Origin: an uncultured candidate division WWE3 bacterium
GTDB taxonomy: Bacteria > Patescibacteriota > WWE3 > UBA101185 > UBA10185
Assembly: GCA_965603395.1 (NCBI GenBank)
Contig: CBFDCV010000001.1
Span: 5,389-69,388 of the forward strand
Direction of reading: 5' to 3'
Length of the DNA: 64,000 nt
Shown here: positions 36,237 through 46,723 of the stretch, piece by piece
Position numbering within the stretch: position 1 is the stretch's first letter
How the letters are laid out: every line of letters begins with the position of its first letter
Notes under the pieces: model-generated
The model's database searches: none
What the model was told of the DNA's origin: nothing
What the model saw: the letters and a program-made list of their open reading frames with translations, nothing else
Position numbers and translations under genes: made by a program

Positions 36237-36794
36237 CTATCTTTCTAGATAAAACGCCCGTAAAAAAATTTGTATATGAGCAGTGTCTCCCTCTAAACTA
36301 TATGTGAATTTTCTCACAACGGAAAGTCTGTTTATATCCTCTATCGATCTGATGAAGGGGTGAATTTGAAAAGGCGGCCCTTGAAAGGTTGCTCTAAGCT
36401 CAACATAATCATCTTCAGTATGTTGATTCTGCATTTTTTTCTGCTTAAGACCGTTTACGGCTGCGGCATTTACTAAACCTAGCATGTAGTCTTCAATTTT
36501 TCTCTCCTTCGGCACAGCAACCTCCAACATATTTAAATAAAATTTTGATTCGTTCAGCTTAACCCCCAACGTGTCTATGTTCTTACTCTTCATTTCCAGT
36601 TTTGCATTAAGTTCATTTAGTTCTGACAGTGTTAGTAATCTCCTCCTTGTTATCTTTACAAGTGAGTAAATACCAATTAGATCAAAAACTATAATAGTAA
36701 AGACTAAGAGAAATGAGAAAATTATGCTCTGAAGCCTCTTATTTTCCAGATTTCTCCTGTAGGTATTCAGTTGTTTTCTCATTTGCTCATTCAT
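36237..36794 (-). CDS. Bitopic membrane protein with PilO-like architecture (TM + coiled coil + C-terminal domain)
   Basis: 185 aa with a short cytoplasmic N-terminus, one TM helix and a coiled-coil 'LSELNELNAKLEMKSKNIDTL'. It overlaps the upstream gene by 4 nt. Assigned by architecture only. Confidence 0.25.
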   Translation of the reverse strand: MNEQMRKQLNTYRRNLENKRLQSIIFSFLLVFTIIVFDLIGIYSLVKITRRRLLTLSELNELNAKLEMKSKNIDTLGVKLNESKFYLNMLEVAVPKERKIEDYMLGLVNAAAVNGLKQKKMQNQHTEDDYVELRATFQGPPFQIHPFIRSIEDINRLSVVRKFTYSLEGDTAHIQIFLRAFYLER

Positions 36795-37273
36795 TTCATT
36801 TGTACCTCTAAACTTGCGTTATAACTTCTGTTTGAAGTGATGTACTCAACATAATTTATGGTAATACTGTCCACTTCTTCGCTTTCCAATAAACCAGCGA
36901 TAAGACGTGCATACGAGGTTGCTCTACTAGCTTCTGCTAGCAACTCATAGGTTAGGTGGTCTCTTTCGTATATAAGCTCTTTTATAGTCACTGTGTCCTC
37001 TAATACACCTGCCACATGTTCAAGACTTTCTCCTACGTCCGGATTCTGCAGCTTTGTGTCCTTATAAAGCTTTGTCACCCTGGAAATAATTCTCACTTGA
37101 TCTTCGATATGAGAATTTCTCTCGATTGCCTCTATATGAACATCTCTGATTTTTACACCACTTTCCAGTAAACTTTGCAGGAACACATTTACAGCAAAAA
37201 ATATAACGTAGATTACAGCTGTAACAATGGCTAACGTTTTTACAGACCTGGCAATTTTTGGCCCTGCCTTCAT
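36791..37273 (-). CDS. Bitopic membrane protein with PilN-like architecture
   Basis: Start taken at 'MKAGPKIARSVKTL' (short tail plus TM). The longer ORF start (37411) would overlap rpsT by about 98 nt, but it contains an 'NLLSP' segment reminiscent of the PilN INLLP motif. Confidence 0.25.
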   Translation of the reverse strand: MKAGPKIARSVKTLAIVTAVIYVIFFAVNVFLQSLLESGVKIRDVHIEAIERNSHIEDQVRIISRVTKLYKDTKLQNPDVGESLEHVAGVLEDTVTIKELIYERDHLTYELLAEASRATSYARLIAGLLESEEVDSITINYVEYITSNRSYNASLEVQMK

Positions 37274-37313
37274 TATTAAACTTTTTGTTTCAATTGGGGA
37301 TAAGAGATTAGGA

Positions 37314-37652
37314 CTAAGATTTCTTTCCAGAAACGTCTCCTGCTTTTTTTGTGGAGCTTTCTTTTTTAGAGGTATTTTTTCTTTTACCAAGGGCAGTAAT
37401 TTTTTTAGCATATCTTGATTTTAATCTGTTAGCTTTATTTTTGTGGATCACATTATTCTTGGCAGCCTTGTCCAAGACCTTCTGTAACGCCATAAGCTCT
37501 TTATTAAGTATATCAGCATCAACCTGTTTATTCTCAATATTTTCCTTTAAGGACTTCACCGAATCCTTTACTTTGTTTTTCCAATATTTGTTAAATTGTC
37601 TCTTTCTCAAAGAAGATCTTACGGCTTTCTTTGCAGATTTAGTATTTGGCAT
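37314..37652 (-). CDS. rpsT: 30S ribosomal protein bS20 with a Lys-rich C-terminal extension
   Basis: 'MPNTKSAKKAVRSSLRKR...DKAAKNNVIHKNKANRLKSR' is the bS20 signature, with an extra ~20-aa Lys-rich tail. Confidence 0.8.
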   Translation of the reverse strand: MPNTKSAKKAVRSSLRKRQFNKYWKNKVKDSVKSLKENIENKQVDADILNKELMALQKVLDKAAKNNVIHKNKANRLKSRYAKKITALGKRKNTSKKESSTKKAGDVSGKKS

Positions 37653-37748
37653 AGACGTTGCGTATAATAACATAAGTTGATAATTTAGGAAAAGACTTTC
37701 TTTGTCCTAAATTTTTTTGTGCTTATTGGGTAAAATGTAGTTAACAAT

Positions 37749-39398
37749 ATGATTAAAAGTCACAAAAGGTTCATCATCAAAACACAAAAAACAATTCTTT
37801 CAGCAGCCTTTATATTAGCTGTTGCTAGCGGCTTTAACGCCATTTTGGGCTTTATAAAAAGCAGGTTGTTGGTCACCTATTTTGGTGATTCAAAAGAGTT
37901 GGCTATTTTCTACACTGCCGATAGAATACCTGATCTTTTATACTCTGTTTTGGTTGTAGGGGCGCTTTCCACTGTTTTTATACCCGTTTTCACAACCCTT
38001 TATAAAAAAGACAAAAATAGGGCCTGGGATACCGCTTCTTCTATGATCAACATAACCGTGGGGTTTTTCCTTGTTTTATCTGTTCTCATCTTTATTTTTG
38101 CTCCATATTTGATGACTGCCTTATCTTTAGGTCAATTTGGCAAGCCAGAAATTCTTCTAGGAACCAGGTTGATGAGAGTAATGCTTGGAGCGCAGCTTAT
38201 TCTTGTGGTCAGCAGCTTTTTAACCAGCGTGTTGCAATCGTTCAAATACTTTTTGATACCAGCTCTAGCTCCCATAGCGTATAATCTTGGCTTTATTTTT
38301 GGCACTATAGCTCTTTCAAACAAGATTGGTATCTTTGGCCCTGCCGTTGGGGTAGTTATAGGAGCTCTTCTTCATGTGGTAATACAACTTCCCATGATGA
38401 GAAGTGTTAAATTCAAATTCTCTATGTTCTCTTATAACATGTACAAAAACGGAACAAGAGAGGTGTTCAAACTTATGCCAGCTAGAATAGGTAGCGTTCT
38501 TATTAATAACCTGATATACACCATCAGTAACGCCATGGCCATTCTTATTTCAACCCCTGCGGTTGTTCATCTTAAATTTGCCAACCAGCTTCAATTTTTT
38601 CCTGTGCATATATTTGGGTTCTCAATAGCACACGCCAGCCTTCCCACCTTAGCAGAAGAAGGAGATGGCCTAAGTCTAAGTAAGTTCAAGAGAACTTTTC
38701 TGACGTCTTTTCACCAGATGATGTATCTTGTTGTTCCCGCTAGTGTAATTTTACTTGTATTAAGGGTTCCCGTGGTAAGAATTGTTTATGGGGCTGCAAC
38801 TTTTCCCTGGGAAGCCACCGTAAAAACTTCCTACGCTTTGGCTTTCTTTAGTTTGTCCATTTTTGCACAAGGTGGAATATATTTAATTACCAGGGCGTTT
38901 TATGCACTTAAAGATACGAGCACTCCCGTAAAGGTAAGTGCTTTAACTTTGTTTGTTAACATTTTACTTTCTCTAACTTTTGTTAAGTACTTACAGCTGG
39001 GCATTTGGTCTGTGGCCTTTTCTTTTTCTATAACATCGGTCTTGACCTTCCTTATTCTTTTTGTTTTATTTTTCACCAAAGTAGGAGGTTTTAACATAGA
39101 CGATCTTACCCAACCTTTTGTAAAGATCTGCTACTCATCTATTTTTATGGGCGTAGGTTTATATTTACCGCTAAAACTCCTAGATCAGTTTGTTTTTGAT
39201 ACTTCAAGAACAGTTCCCCTATTGATGCTGACCGCCGTGGCCTCCCTTGCCGGAACGGCTACCTATCTTATATTCACCTGGGTATTTAAAGTGGAAGAAG
39301 TAGAGTTGCTTTTTAATCTTTTAAGAAAACTTAAACTACAAAAAGGCGCAGATGTTGTGGCAACATCAACTATTGGACTCAGAGAAGAGATAGAGTAG
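37749..39398 (+). CDS. murJ: Lipid II flippase MurJ (MviN)
   Basis: About 14 TM helices, a 'DLLYSVLVVGALSTVFIPVFT' MurJ N-terminal block, 549 aa. Confidence 0.85.
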   Translation: MIKSHKRFIIKTQKTILSAAFILAVASGFNAILGFIKSRLLVTYFGDSKELAIFYTADRIPDLLYSVLVVGALSTVFIPVFTTLYKKDKNRAWDTASSMINITVGFFLVLSVLIFIFAPYLMTALSLGQFGKPEILLGTRLMRVMLGAQLILVVSSFLTSVLQSFKYFLIPALAPIAYNLGFIFGTIALSNKIGIFGPAVGVVIGALLHVVIQLPMMRSVKFKFSMFSYNMYKNGTREVFKLMPARIGSVLINNLIYTISNAMAILISTPAVVHLKFANQLQFFPVHIFGFSIAHASLPTLAEEGDGLSLSKFKRTFLTSFHQMMYLVVPASVILLVLRVPVVRIVYGAATFPWEATVKTSYALAFFSLSIFAQGGIYLITRAFYALKDTSTPVKVSALTLFVNILLSLTFVKYLQLGIWSVAFSFSITSVLTFLILFVLFFTKVGGFNIDDLTQPFVKICYSSIFMGVGLYLPLKLLDQFVFDTSRTVPLLMLTAVASLAGTATYLIFTWVFKVEEVELLFNLLRKLKLQKGADVVATSTIGLREEIE

Positions 39399-39484
39399 AT
39401 AAAAATCTTTCATTTGACCTATAATATTATTTCCTGTATAAATTTAGCAGATACCCACGTACCTTACAAAAGGAGGAGATTGTC

Positions 39485-39940
39485 ATGTTATTTTGGATTA
39501 CAACTACGGCATACTTATGGGCTGTCATTGTAGTTTTCATTAAATTAGGGAATAGGGCTAAGCAACGATACGAGAAGCAAAACTTCTCAACCTTTGACTA
39601 TATTGTCAGATTTGAGTTACCACATTATACTGCAACCTTCGTTTTATTTTTTGGATGGAGTTTTCTTATGGACGCATTTACCATAAGGGAGGTTCCTTAT
39701 TCAATGCTAAGTACGATATTCCCTATTCTAAGCTTAATCCTAATGGCAGGAATTGGTTATCAGGAAACGAGTAGTATGTACGCTTCCTTACGCAAAGAAG
39801 CAAAGCTTGGGGGAGATGCGGGGGTAGCTGACCTGACAAAGTATTTCGCTAGAAGCTCTGGAGGTCTTTTTGTACTATCTGTAGCTTTTATAATACTTGG
39901 AAAGCTTGCTTGCATAAGCCTAGTCCTTCTTTTAACCTGA
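39485..39940 (+). CDS. Hypothetical integral membrane protein
   Basis: 151 aa with 4 hydrophobic helices and a strong SD, AAAGGAGGAG. Confidence 0.35.
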   Translation: MLFWITTTAYLWAVIVVFIKLGNRAKQRYEKQNFSTFDYIVRFELPHYTATFVLFFGWSFLMDAFTIREVPYSMLSTIFPILSLILMAGIGYQETSSMYASLRKEAKLGGDAGVADLTKYFARSSGGLFVLSVAFIILGKLACISLVLLLT

Positions 39941-40016
39941 GAAACCGCCCACATGGGAAAACGATTTTTTATTCACCACTAAATCGTTTTCCCTTCTTTT
40001 TTGCTACAATCCCCTT

Positions 40017-41819
40017 ATGCAACAAGGCAATATTCGAAACTTTTGTATCATAGCCCACATAGACCACGGCAAGTCCACCTTGGCGGATAGGTTTTTGGAG
40101 ATCACTAAAACTGTAGAAAAAAGAAAACTCAAAGAAAGAACCTTGGACACTATGGAGCTCGAGCAGGAAAAAGGCATCACCATAAAACTAAAGGCCGTCA
40201 CCATGGACTATGAACTAAATGGTGAGAAATATCAGCTTAATCTAATAGACACGCCCGGACATGTAGATTTTTCTTATGAGGTTTCCAGATCGCTCGCTGC
40301 TTGTGAAGGAGCCATACTCGTAGTCGATGCCAGCCAAGGCATTCAGGCACAGACCGTTTCAAATGTCTACAAAGCCTTGGAGGCAAACCTAACTATCATT
40401 CCTGTACTAAATAAAATTGATTTACCAAATGCAAGCTTAGATGAAGTTAAAAAAGACCTTGTTGATACTTTCGGTTTTAATCATGATGAAGTTCTGCAGG
40501 TCTCAGCTAAAACAGGTGAGGGTGCGGAGGACCTGCTTGATGCTGTAGTAGAAAAAGTTCCTCCCCCAAGCGGAAGTGTTAATAAGCCCGCCCGGGCTCT
40601 GATCTTTGATACATTCTACGACGACTTCCTGGGAGTCATCGCCGCTATAAAAATGGTTGACGGTCAGTTTATCGATAATGATTTTAAGAATGGCAAAAAA
40701 GTTAAATTTCTCGCTACGGGAGCTGTCACCAAACCTGAAGGTTTGGGAATATTCAAACCGTCTAGAGTAAGCCGAGAAACAATAACTGCCGGGGAAGTTG
40801 GTTTTGTCTCAACCGGATTAAAAGAAATTAAAAAAGTTAAAGTGGGAGATACTATTGCCCTAGCAGAGAGTGGCCCTAAACCACTTCCTGGTTATAAGGA
40901 AATAAAGCCCTTTGTGTTTGTCTCAATATTTCCTACCCAAAATGATAGATTCACAAACCTTAGAATCGCATTAGAAAAACTAGCTCTTTCTGATTCTTCT
41001 TTAAGCTTCGAACCGGAAACTAGCACCGCTCTAGGATTTGGTTTTAGATGCGGCTTTTTAGGACTACTCCATGCTGACATTATTCAGGAACGCCTTGAAA
41101 GAGAGTACGATCTTGATCTAATTTCCACCACGCCAACCGTAGAATATAAGATCACCACTACCCGAGATGAAACCTTGTGGATAAAATCAGCCGCGGACTT
41201 TCCCAATCCGTCCAGAATCAAACAGGTAGAAGAGCCTTGGATATTAACAAACATTGTTTCTCCTGCAAAATATGTGGGAGGCATCATACCTTTGTGCGAA
41301 GAGAGAAGAGGAATCATGATAAAAATGGAGTACCCTTCCGAAAGTAGGGTGGTTTTTGAATACGAGCTCCCTTTATCAGAACTTGTTTACAATTTTTACG
41401 ATGACTTAAAAACAGCCACCTCAGGTTACGCCAGCTTAGATTACGAAATCACCAACTACAAACCTGCCAAGGTAGCCAAGCTAGATATATTAGTCCACGG
41501 TGAGGTTGTCCCTCCACTTTCACACATTGTACTAAAAGAGAAAGCGGACCCTGCCGGCAGAGCTCTTCTCAAGAAACTCAAAGACGTCATACCTAGACAG
41601 CAATATAAAGTATCTCTACAAGCTGCCATAGGAGGAAAAATTATTGCTAGAGAAGATATTCCAGCGGTAAGAAAAAATGTTTTAGCCGGTATTTACGGAG
41701 GACATAGAGATAGAAAAGACAAACTACTAGAACGCCAGAAAAAAGGTAAGGACAGGCTAAAAAGGATAGGAAAAATAGATATTCCTCAGGAAGCTTTCAG
41801 GCAGGTATTGAAAAGTTAA
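40017..41819 (+). CDS. lepA: Elongation factor 4 (LepA)
   Basis: 'IRNFCIIAHIDHGKSTLADR' G1, 'DTPGHVDF' and the LepA C-terminal domain. 600 aa. Confidence 0.95.
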   Translation: MQQGNIRNFCIIAHIDHGKSTLADRFLEITKTVEKRKLKERTLDTMELEQEKGITIKLKAVTMDYELNGEKYQLNLIDTPGHVDFSYEVSRSLAACEGAILVVDASQGIQAQTVSNVYKALEANLTIIPVLNKIDLPNASLDEVKKDLVDTFGFNHDEVLQVSAKTGEGAEDLLDAVVEKVPPPSGSVNKPARALIFDTFYDDFLGVIAAIKMVDGQFIDNDFKNGKKVKFLATGAVTKPEGLGIFKPSRVSRETITAGEVGFVSTGLKEIKKVKVGDTIALAESGPKPLPGYKEIKPFVFVSIFPTQNDRFTNLRIALEKLALSDSSLSFEPETSTALGFGFRCGFLGLLHADIIQERLEREYDLDLISTTPTVEYKITTTRDETLWIKSAADFPNPSRIKQVEEPWILTNIVSPAKYVGGIIPLCEERRGIMIKMEYPSESRVVFEYELPLSELVYNFYDDLKTATSGYASLDYEITNYKPAKVAKLDILVHGEVVPPLSHIVLKEKADPAGRALLKKLKDVIPRQQYKVSLQAAIGGKIIAREDIPAVRKNVLAGIYGGHRDRKDKLLERQKKGKDRLKRIGKIDIPQEAFRQVLKS

Positions 41820-41844
41820 GGCTCGCTGTTTAATATCAACTTAT

Positions 41845-42495
41845 ATGTTCATCATTATGCTAGGTGCTCCTGGAGCCGGCAAAGGCACACAGGCAAAAAT
41901 ATTAACTAATAAACTGGGCATTCCTCAAATATCTACCGGTGACCTATTCAGAGACGAGATGAAACATGAAACAAAACTGGGACAACAAATCACGTACCTT
42001 ATGAACAGCGGTCAATTAGTGCCTGATAAAACCACCATGGAGGTCTTCAAACAAAGAATTTCCCAACAGGACTGTCAAAACGGTGCTGTTTTAGACGGTA
42101 TTCCCCGCACCATTATGCAAGCTAAAATCTTAGATTTATTACTCAAAGAGTTAGACAAACCACTAGACCACGTACTTTATATTAAACTTCCTGAAGATGA
42201 AATTATGAAAAGGCTGTCAGGCAGGTGGACATGCAAAAAATGCGGTCATATCTACCACGAAGAGTACAACCCTCCTAAAACTCCCTATATCTGTGACATT
42301 GACCAAAGCCCCCTTTACCAAAGAGAGGATCAAAAAAAAGAGGCCATTGAAGAAAGAATAAAAGTTTACCGGGAGCGCACTGAGCCGCTGATAAGTTACT
42401 ACCAAGTGCAGAGTTTACTCATAGAAATAGATGGACAACATACCATAGAAAAAGTAAGTGCCGACATATTCGAAAAACTTAATCTCAAAGCTTGA
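41845..42495 (+). CDS. adk: Adenylate kinase (with Zn-binding lid)
   Basis: 'MLGAPGAGKGTQA' P-loop and lid 'CKKCGHIYH...C'. Confidence 0.9.
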   Translation: MFIIMLGAPGAGKGTQAKILTNKLGIPQISTGDLFRDEMKHETKLGQQITYLMNSGQLVPDKTTMEVFKQRISQQDCQNGAVLDGIPRTIMQAKILDLLLKELDKPLDHVLYIKLPEDEIMKRLSGRWTCKKCGHIYHEEYNPPKTPYICDIDQSPLYQREDQKKEAIEERIKVYRERTEPLISYYQVQSLLIEIDGQHTIEKVSADIFEKLNLKA

Positions 42496-42519
42496 CATTT
42501 TTATCACTCCATCTATAAT
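42492..42519 (+). promoter_or_regulatory. Near-consensus sigma-70-type promoter for hrcA-grpE-dnaK
   Basis: TTGACA (42492-42497), a 16-nt spacer, then TATAAT (42514-42519), just upstream of hrcA (42529). Confidence 0.5.
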
Positions 42520-42528
42520 ACTGCTAGA

Positions 42529-43251
42529 ATGATTTCTGAAAGACAAATAAAACTGTTAAATGCCATCATTAGTGAGTATGTAAACACCGCCGAACCGGTG
42601 GGTTCAGTAGAAGTAGTAAAAAAATATAACTTTAAATATTCTCCCGCCACAGCCAGAAACGAAATGGCCAGATTGCTTGACCTGGGCTTTTTGGAAATGA
42701 TGCACACTTCTTCCGGCAGGGTACCTACTGCCATGGCTTATAGGCTTTTCTTAGACCAAATCATGCAAGAAGAAGAAATGCCTGTATTACAGGAAGTTGC
42801 CATGAAGCAAAGACTTTGGCCCAGCAGATTCGAGTTTGATAGGCTTTTACGACAGGCCGTTGTTTCATTATCAGAAAACGTTAAAGAAATGGCTATAGGT
42901 ACTTCTAACGATGGTTATATAACAAGCGCCGGTATGGTAAATATTTTAGATCACAAAGAATTCTGGGACATTGACGTAGCCAGAACTGCTTTAAATTTAT
43001 TAGACAGGCACGAATTGCTGGAAGAGATTTTCAAAAAGTCCCCCTATGGAAATGAGGTTAGAACTGTTATCGGTACAGAAATAGGCATTGAAAACCTGGA
43101 AAACTGCGCTTTTGTTTTCTCTTCTTATCAGGCTGGTAACAAAAACGGTTTTGTGGGAATATTCGGTCCGGCTAGAATGAAATATGAAAGCGCTATCCCT
43201 GCAGTCAGATATACAAAAAATCTCATCGAAGAATTAGGAGAATCCTGGTAA
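42529..43251 (+). CDS. hrcA: Heat-inducible transcription repressor HrcA (compact)
   Basis: N-terminal wHTH 'RQIKLLNAIISEYVNTAEPVGSVEVVKKYNFKYSPATARNEMARLLDLGFL'. First gene of the grpE-dnaK operon. Confidence 0.75.
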   Translation: MISERQIKLLNAIISEYVNTAEPVGSVEVVKKYNFKYSPATARNEMARLLDLGFLEMMHTSSGRVPTAMAYRLFLDQIMQEEEMPVLQEVAMKQRLWPSRFEFDRLLRQAVVSLSENVKEMAIGTSNDGYITSAGMVNILDHKEFWDIDVARTALNLLDRHELLEEIFKKSPYGNEVRTVIGTEIGIENLENCAFVFSSYQAGNKNGFVGIFGPARMKYESAIPAVRYTKNLIEELGESW

Positions 43252-43266
43252 TTCCAAAAATCTATT

Positions 43267-43740
43267 ATGGATAAAAGACCAAGTAAAAATAAAAAGGTGG
43301 ATAAAAATTTGGACCGAATTAAAGAATTAGAAACCAGGCTTTTGGAAATGGAGGAAAACTGGAAAAGAGCCTTAGCGGATTATAAGAATTTAGAAAAAAG
43401 GTCGGCTCAAGAAAAAATAGTTTTGGTAGATTTTGCCAACATTGTTTTAATAGAAAACATGTTGCCAATTTTAGATAACTTTGTCATGCTGGAAAATCAT
43501 ACGGAAGATGTAGGTATAAAAATGTCTATTAAAGAATTTGTAAATGTGTTGGAAAACTCAGGCCTAAAAGAGATCAAGGTAACCAAAGGGGATGAGTTCG
43601 ATCCGAATTTAATGGACGCAGTTGATTCCGGACAAGGTCAAAAGAACAAGATCGTAGAGATAGTCCGAGCAGGATACAGCTTTAGAGATAAATTGATCAG
43701 GCCGGTAAGTGTAAAAGTTGGCCAGGGCAAGAAAGCCTAG
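43267..43740 (+). CDS. grpE: Nucleotide exchange factor GrpE
   Basis: A coiled-coil N-terminus, 'RALADYKNLEKR', and the C-terminal beta domain. It lies between hrcA and dnaK. Confidence 0.85.
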   Translation: MDKRPSKNKKVDKNLDRIKELETRLLEMEENWKRALADYKNLEKRSAQEKIVLVDFANIVLIENMLPILDNFVMLENHTEDVGIKMSIKEFVNVLENSGLKEIKVTKGDEFDPNLMDAVDSGQGQKNKIVEIVRAGYSFRDKLIRPVSVKVGQGKKA

Positions 43741-43761
43741 GCCCAAAAAAGGATAAATTAA

Positions 43762-45660
43762 ATGAGTAAGATCATAGGAATAGATCTAGGAACAACTAAC
43801 AGTGCTATGGCCGTTATGGAAAGCGGCCAATCAAAAATAATTGCAAACGCTGAGGGAGGAAACACAACTCCTTCTGTAGTAGCTGCAGAAGCTAACTTGG
43901 TGGGCGTGTCCGCAAAAAGACAGCAAGTGGTAAATCCCAGAGGTACAGTTTTTAGCGTTAAAAGATTAATGGGGATGAAATACAATAGCCCGGAAGTGCA
44001 AAGGCTAAAAAAGGACTACCCTTATGAAATAATCGAAGGTAAAAATGGCATGGCTGCCGTAAAAGTAGATGACAAAGTTTATACTCCGCAAGAAATATCA
44101 GCCAAGATACTAGTCAAATTAAAAACCGATGCCGAAACTTATCTAGGCGGTAAAGTTACGGAAGCTGTTATTACAGTTCCTGCATACTTTAACGATTCCC
44201 AAAGAACCGCCACCAAAGAGGCAGGAAAAATTGCCGGCTTGGTAGTAAAAAGAATTATTAATGAGCCCACAGCTGCTTCCTTATCATACGGTTTAGAAAA
44301 AAAGAAAAATGAAACTATAGCTGTTTATGATCTAGGCGGTGGAACATTTGATGTTTCTATCCTGGAAATTGGCGAAGGCGTTTTTGAAGTTAAATCTACC
44401 AACGGAGATACTCACTTAGGCGGAGATGACTTTGATAAAAAAATCATCGATTGGTTGCTGGCTGAATTCAAATCTGAGCAAGGCGTTGACCTATCAGCTG
44501 ACAGACAAGCCATGCAAAGACTAAAAGATGCCGCCGAGAAAGCTAAGATAGAGCTGTCTTCAACTATGGAAACCGAAATTAACATTCCTTTTATTACCGC
44601 TGATGCCACCGGACCTAAGCATTTAAATACCAAGCTTTCCAGAGCAAAACTTGAACAGCTGGTTGATGAGTTAGTACAAAAGACCATTAAACCGATGGAA
44701 AACGCCATGAAAGACGCCGGCATACAAAAATCGGAAATAGATGAGGTAGTAATGGTGGGAGGTATGACCAGAATGCCTAAGATAAATGAGGTTGTGAAAA
44801 AGTTTTATGGCAAGGATCCCCACAAAGGCATCAACCCGGATGAAGTGGTAGCTTTGGGAGCTGCTATTCAGGGCGGTGTGTTGGGCGGAGACGTGAAAGA
44901 TGTGCTCTTGCTGGATGTAACCCCTCTAACTTTAGGTATAGAAACTCTAGGCGGGGTGAGTACTTCCCTTATTAAAAGAAACACCACCATTCCTACTAAC
45001 GCTTCACAGGTGTTTAGCACCGCTGCAGATAGTCAAACTTCTGTAGAAATAAACATTCTGCAAGGGGAAAGAGAAATGGCTTTAGATAATAAGAGTTTGG
45101 GCCGATTTATCCTAGACGGCCTTCCTCCGGCACCTAGAGGAGTGCCGCAAGTAGAAGTCTCCTTTGATATTGATGCCAACGGTATTTTGAACGTGAGCGC
45201 CAAAGATAAAGCTTCAGGGAAAGAACAAAAAATCACTGTGCAAGGTGGGGCCGGATTAAGCGATGATGAGATCAACAATATGGTCAAAGATGCTGAATCT
45301 CACGCCGAAGAAGACAAAAAGAAAAAAGAATTAGTGGAGGCTAAAAATAACGCTGACAACCTGTGCTACACCGCTGAAAAGTCGTTAAAAGATGCCGGAG
45401 ACAAAGTGCCTGAAAATATAAGATCAGACATAGAAGGCAAAGCAAAGGCTCTAAAAGATATCATTCAGACCGGCACTGTGGAAGACCTGCAGGCAAAATC
45501 GAAAGAATTATCAGACAGCTTGCTAAAAATAGGTGAGCATATGTATAAAGGTCAGGATGGACCACAAGCAGGTCCGGAACAAACCGGAGATAAACCAAAA
45601 GACAAGAATAAAAAAGACGAGCCTGAAGACACCGTAGAAGGCGAAGTTGTCGAAGAATAA
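43762..45660 (+). CDS. dnaK: Chaperone DnaK (Hsp70)
   Basis: '[11 protein letters not shown]', '[12 protein letters not shown]' and an acidic C-terminus. 632 aa. Confidence 0.97.
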   Translation: MSKIIGIDLGTTNSAMAVMESGQSKIIANAEGGNTTPSVVAAEANLVGVSAKRQQVVNPRGTVFSVKRLMGMKYNSPEVQRLKKDYPYEIIEGKNGMAAVKVDDKVYTPQEISAKILVKLKTDAETYLGGKVTEAVITVPAYFNDSQRTATKEAGKIAGLVVKRIINEPTAASLSYGLEKKKNETIAVYDLGGGTFDVSILEIGEGVFEVKSTNGDTHLGGDDFDKKIIDWLLAEFKSEQGVDLSADRQAMQRLKDAAEKAKIELSSTMETEINIPFITADATGPKHLNTKLSRAKLEQLVDELVQKTIKPMENAMKDAGIQKSEIDEVVMVGGMTRMPKINEVVKKFYGKDPHKGINPDEVVALGAAIQGGVLGGDVKDVLLLDVTPLTLGIETLGGVSTSLIKRNTTIPTNASQVFSTAADSQTSVEINILQGEREMALDNKSLGRFILDGLPPAPRGVPQVEVSFDIDANGILNVSAKDKASGKEQKITVQGGAGLSDDEINNMVKDAESHAEEDKKKKELVEAKNNADNLCYTAEKSLKDAGDKVPENIRSDIEGKAKALKDIIQTGTVEDLQAKSKELSDSLLKIGEHMYKGQDGPQAGPEQTGDKPKDKNKKDEPEDTVEGEVVEE

Positions 45661-45669
45661 ACCTATTTA

Positions 45670-45927
45670 TTGTATACTAAAGTCACTGCCCGTATGGACT
45701 TACAAGTAATACTCATCTTCATACTAGCTATACTAACCGTCGCCTTGGTAGGTATTGGTGTTTATGTGATCCTGGTTTTAAAAGAACTTAGGGAAACTAT
45801 CAAAAAAGCTAATCTTATAATTGATGACGTGGAGACTCTCACCAACATAGTCTCCAACCCACTAAACCTTATTTCGGGTGCTATTAGTGGATTTAAAGCA
45901 ATAAAAAATTTACAAAAGGAGGAATAA
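45670..45927 (+). CDS. DUF948-like small membrane protein
   Basis: 85 aa with an N-terminal TM and an amphipathic helix. It is paired with the downstream YtxH-like gene, as in Firmicutes ytxG-ytxH. Confidence 0.35.
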   Translation: MYTKVTARMDLQVILIFILAILTVALVGIGVYVILVLKELRETIKKANLIIDDVETLTNIVSNPLNLISGAISGFKAIKNLQKEE

Positions 45928-45929
45928 CT

Positions 45930-46274
45930 ATGTGCAGTAGCAAAAAAGATTTTGCCAAAGGAGCTTTTTTTGGAGCGGCTATCGGTGCAGTAATAGGTTT
46001 TTTAACAGCGCCTGCTTCAGGAGAAGAAACCAGAAAAAAACTAAAAGATGGCTCAGAAAAATACTTGGACGAAGGCAAAGATAAGCTGGAAGAACTAAAA
46101 ACAGAAGGCCAGAAAAAAGTAGCTGAGCTAAAAGATGAAGCGGAGATAAAAGCTGAAGAGGTAAAAGAAAAAGTATACGAAGCTGTAGAAGAAATATTGG
46201 AAGAAACCACAAACAAGGTTAAGAAAAACTCGCCAAAAAAATCAGACAAAAAGCAGCAGTTCGAAGGCGTATAA
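45930..46274 (+). CDS. YtxH-family protein
   Basis: 'GAFFGAAIGAVIGFLTAPASGEETRKKL' glycine-zipper N-terminus followed by Lys/Glu-rich helices. Confidence 0.45.
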   Translation: MCSSKKDFAKGAFFGAAIGAVIGFLTAPASGEETRKKLKDGSEKYLDEGKDKLEELKTEGQKKVAELKDEAEIKAEEVKEKVYEAVEEILEETTNKVKKNSPKKSDKKQQFEGV

Positions 46275-46321
46275 TAGCAAAAACAGCCAAAAAATCCTTG
46301 GGATGCTAAAATATTCTCAGT

Positions 46322-46723
46322 ATGAATAATCTGCCACCGGATCCCAATCAACCAATCTCTTCTCCTATTGATCCCGGTTCTTCGGGCTCTACTATTAAAG
46401 GTTCTGAAGGCGGTGTTTTTCCGGAAAGTGCTTCTGTGCCTGAAACGCCGTCATCTCCTGAAACTCAAACTTCCCCGGAGATCCAAAAATTACCGGAAAA
46501 ATTAACGGGACCCATACCGAAAACCGCACAAGCCGCCCCTCCTTTAGAAGTTCCAAAAAACGGCGCCGTTGAGCCTACTCAAATACCAAACATAGTGGAC
46601 AAAACAGACCAGCTAACCACCTTGCATGAGATCAAAGCGCCTAAAGACAAGCTAACCGAAGAGGCCGACGAAGAAGAGGAACATTTTATCGAGGAGGTTG
46701 AAAAGCACCATGGAGACCTTTGA
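46322..46723 (+). CDS. Pro/Ser/Glu-rich low-complexity protein
   Basis: 133 aa with no TM. It overlaps the start of the next gene by 26 nt. Coding status uncertain. Confidence 0.25.
   Translation: MNNLPPDPNQPISSPIDPGSSGSTIKGSEGGVFPESASVPETPSSPETQTSPEIQKLPEKLTGPIPKTAQAAPPLEVPKNGAVEPTQIPNIVDKTDQLTTLHEIKAPKDKLTEEADEEEEHFIEEVEKHHGDL

Noticed and set aside
36791-37411. Long-start version of the PilN-like ORF overlapping rpsT by about 98 nt
   Set aside because: A long overlap with a ribosomal protein gene is unlikely, so the internal start at 37273 is preferred. The alternative is kept as a note because of the 'NLLSP' segment.
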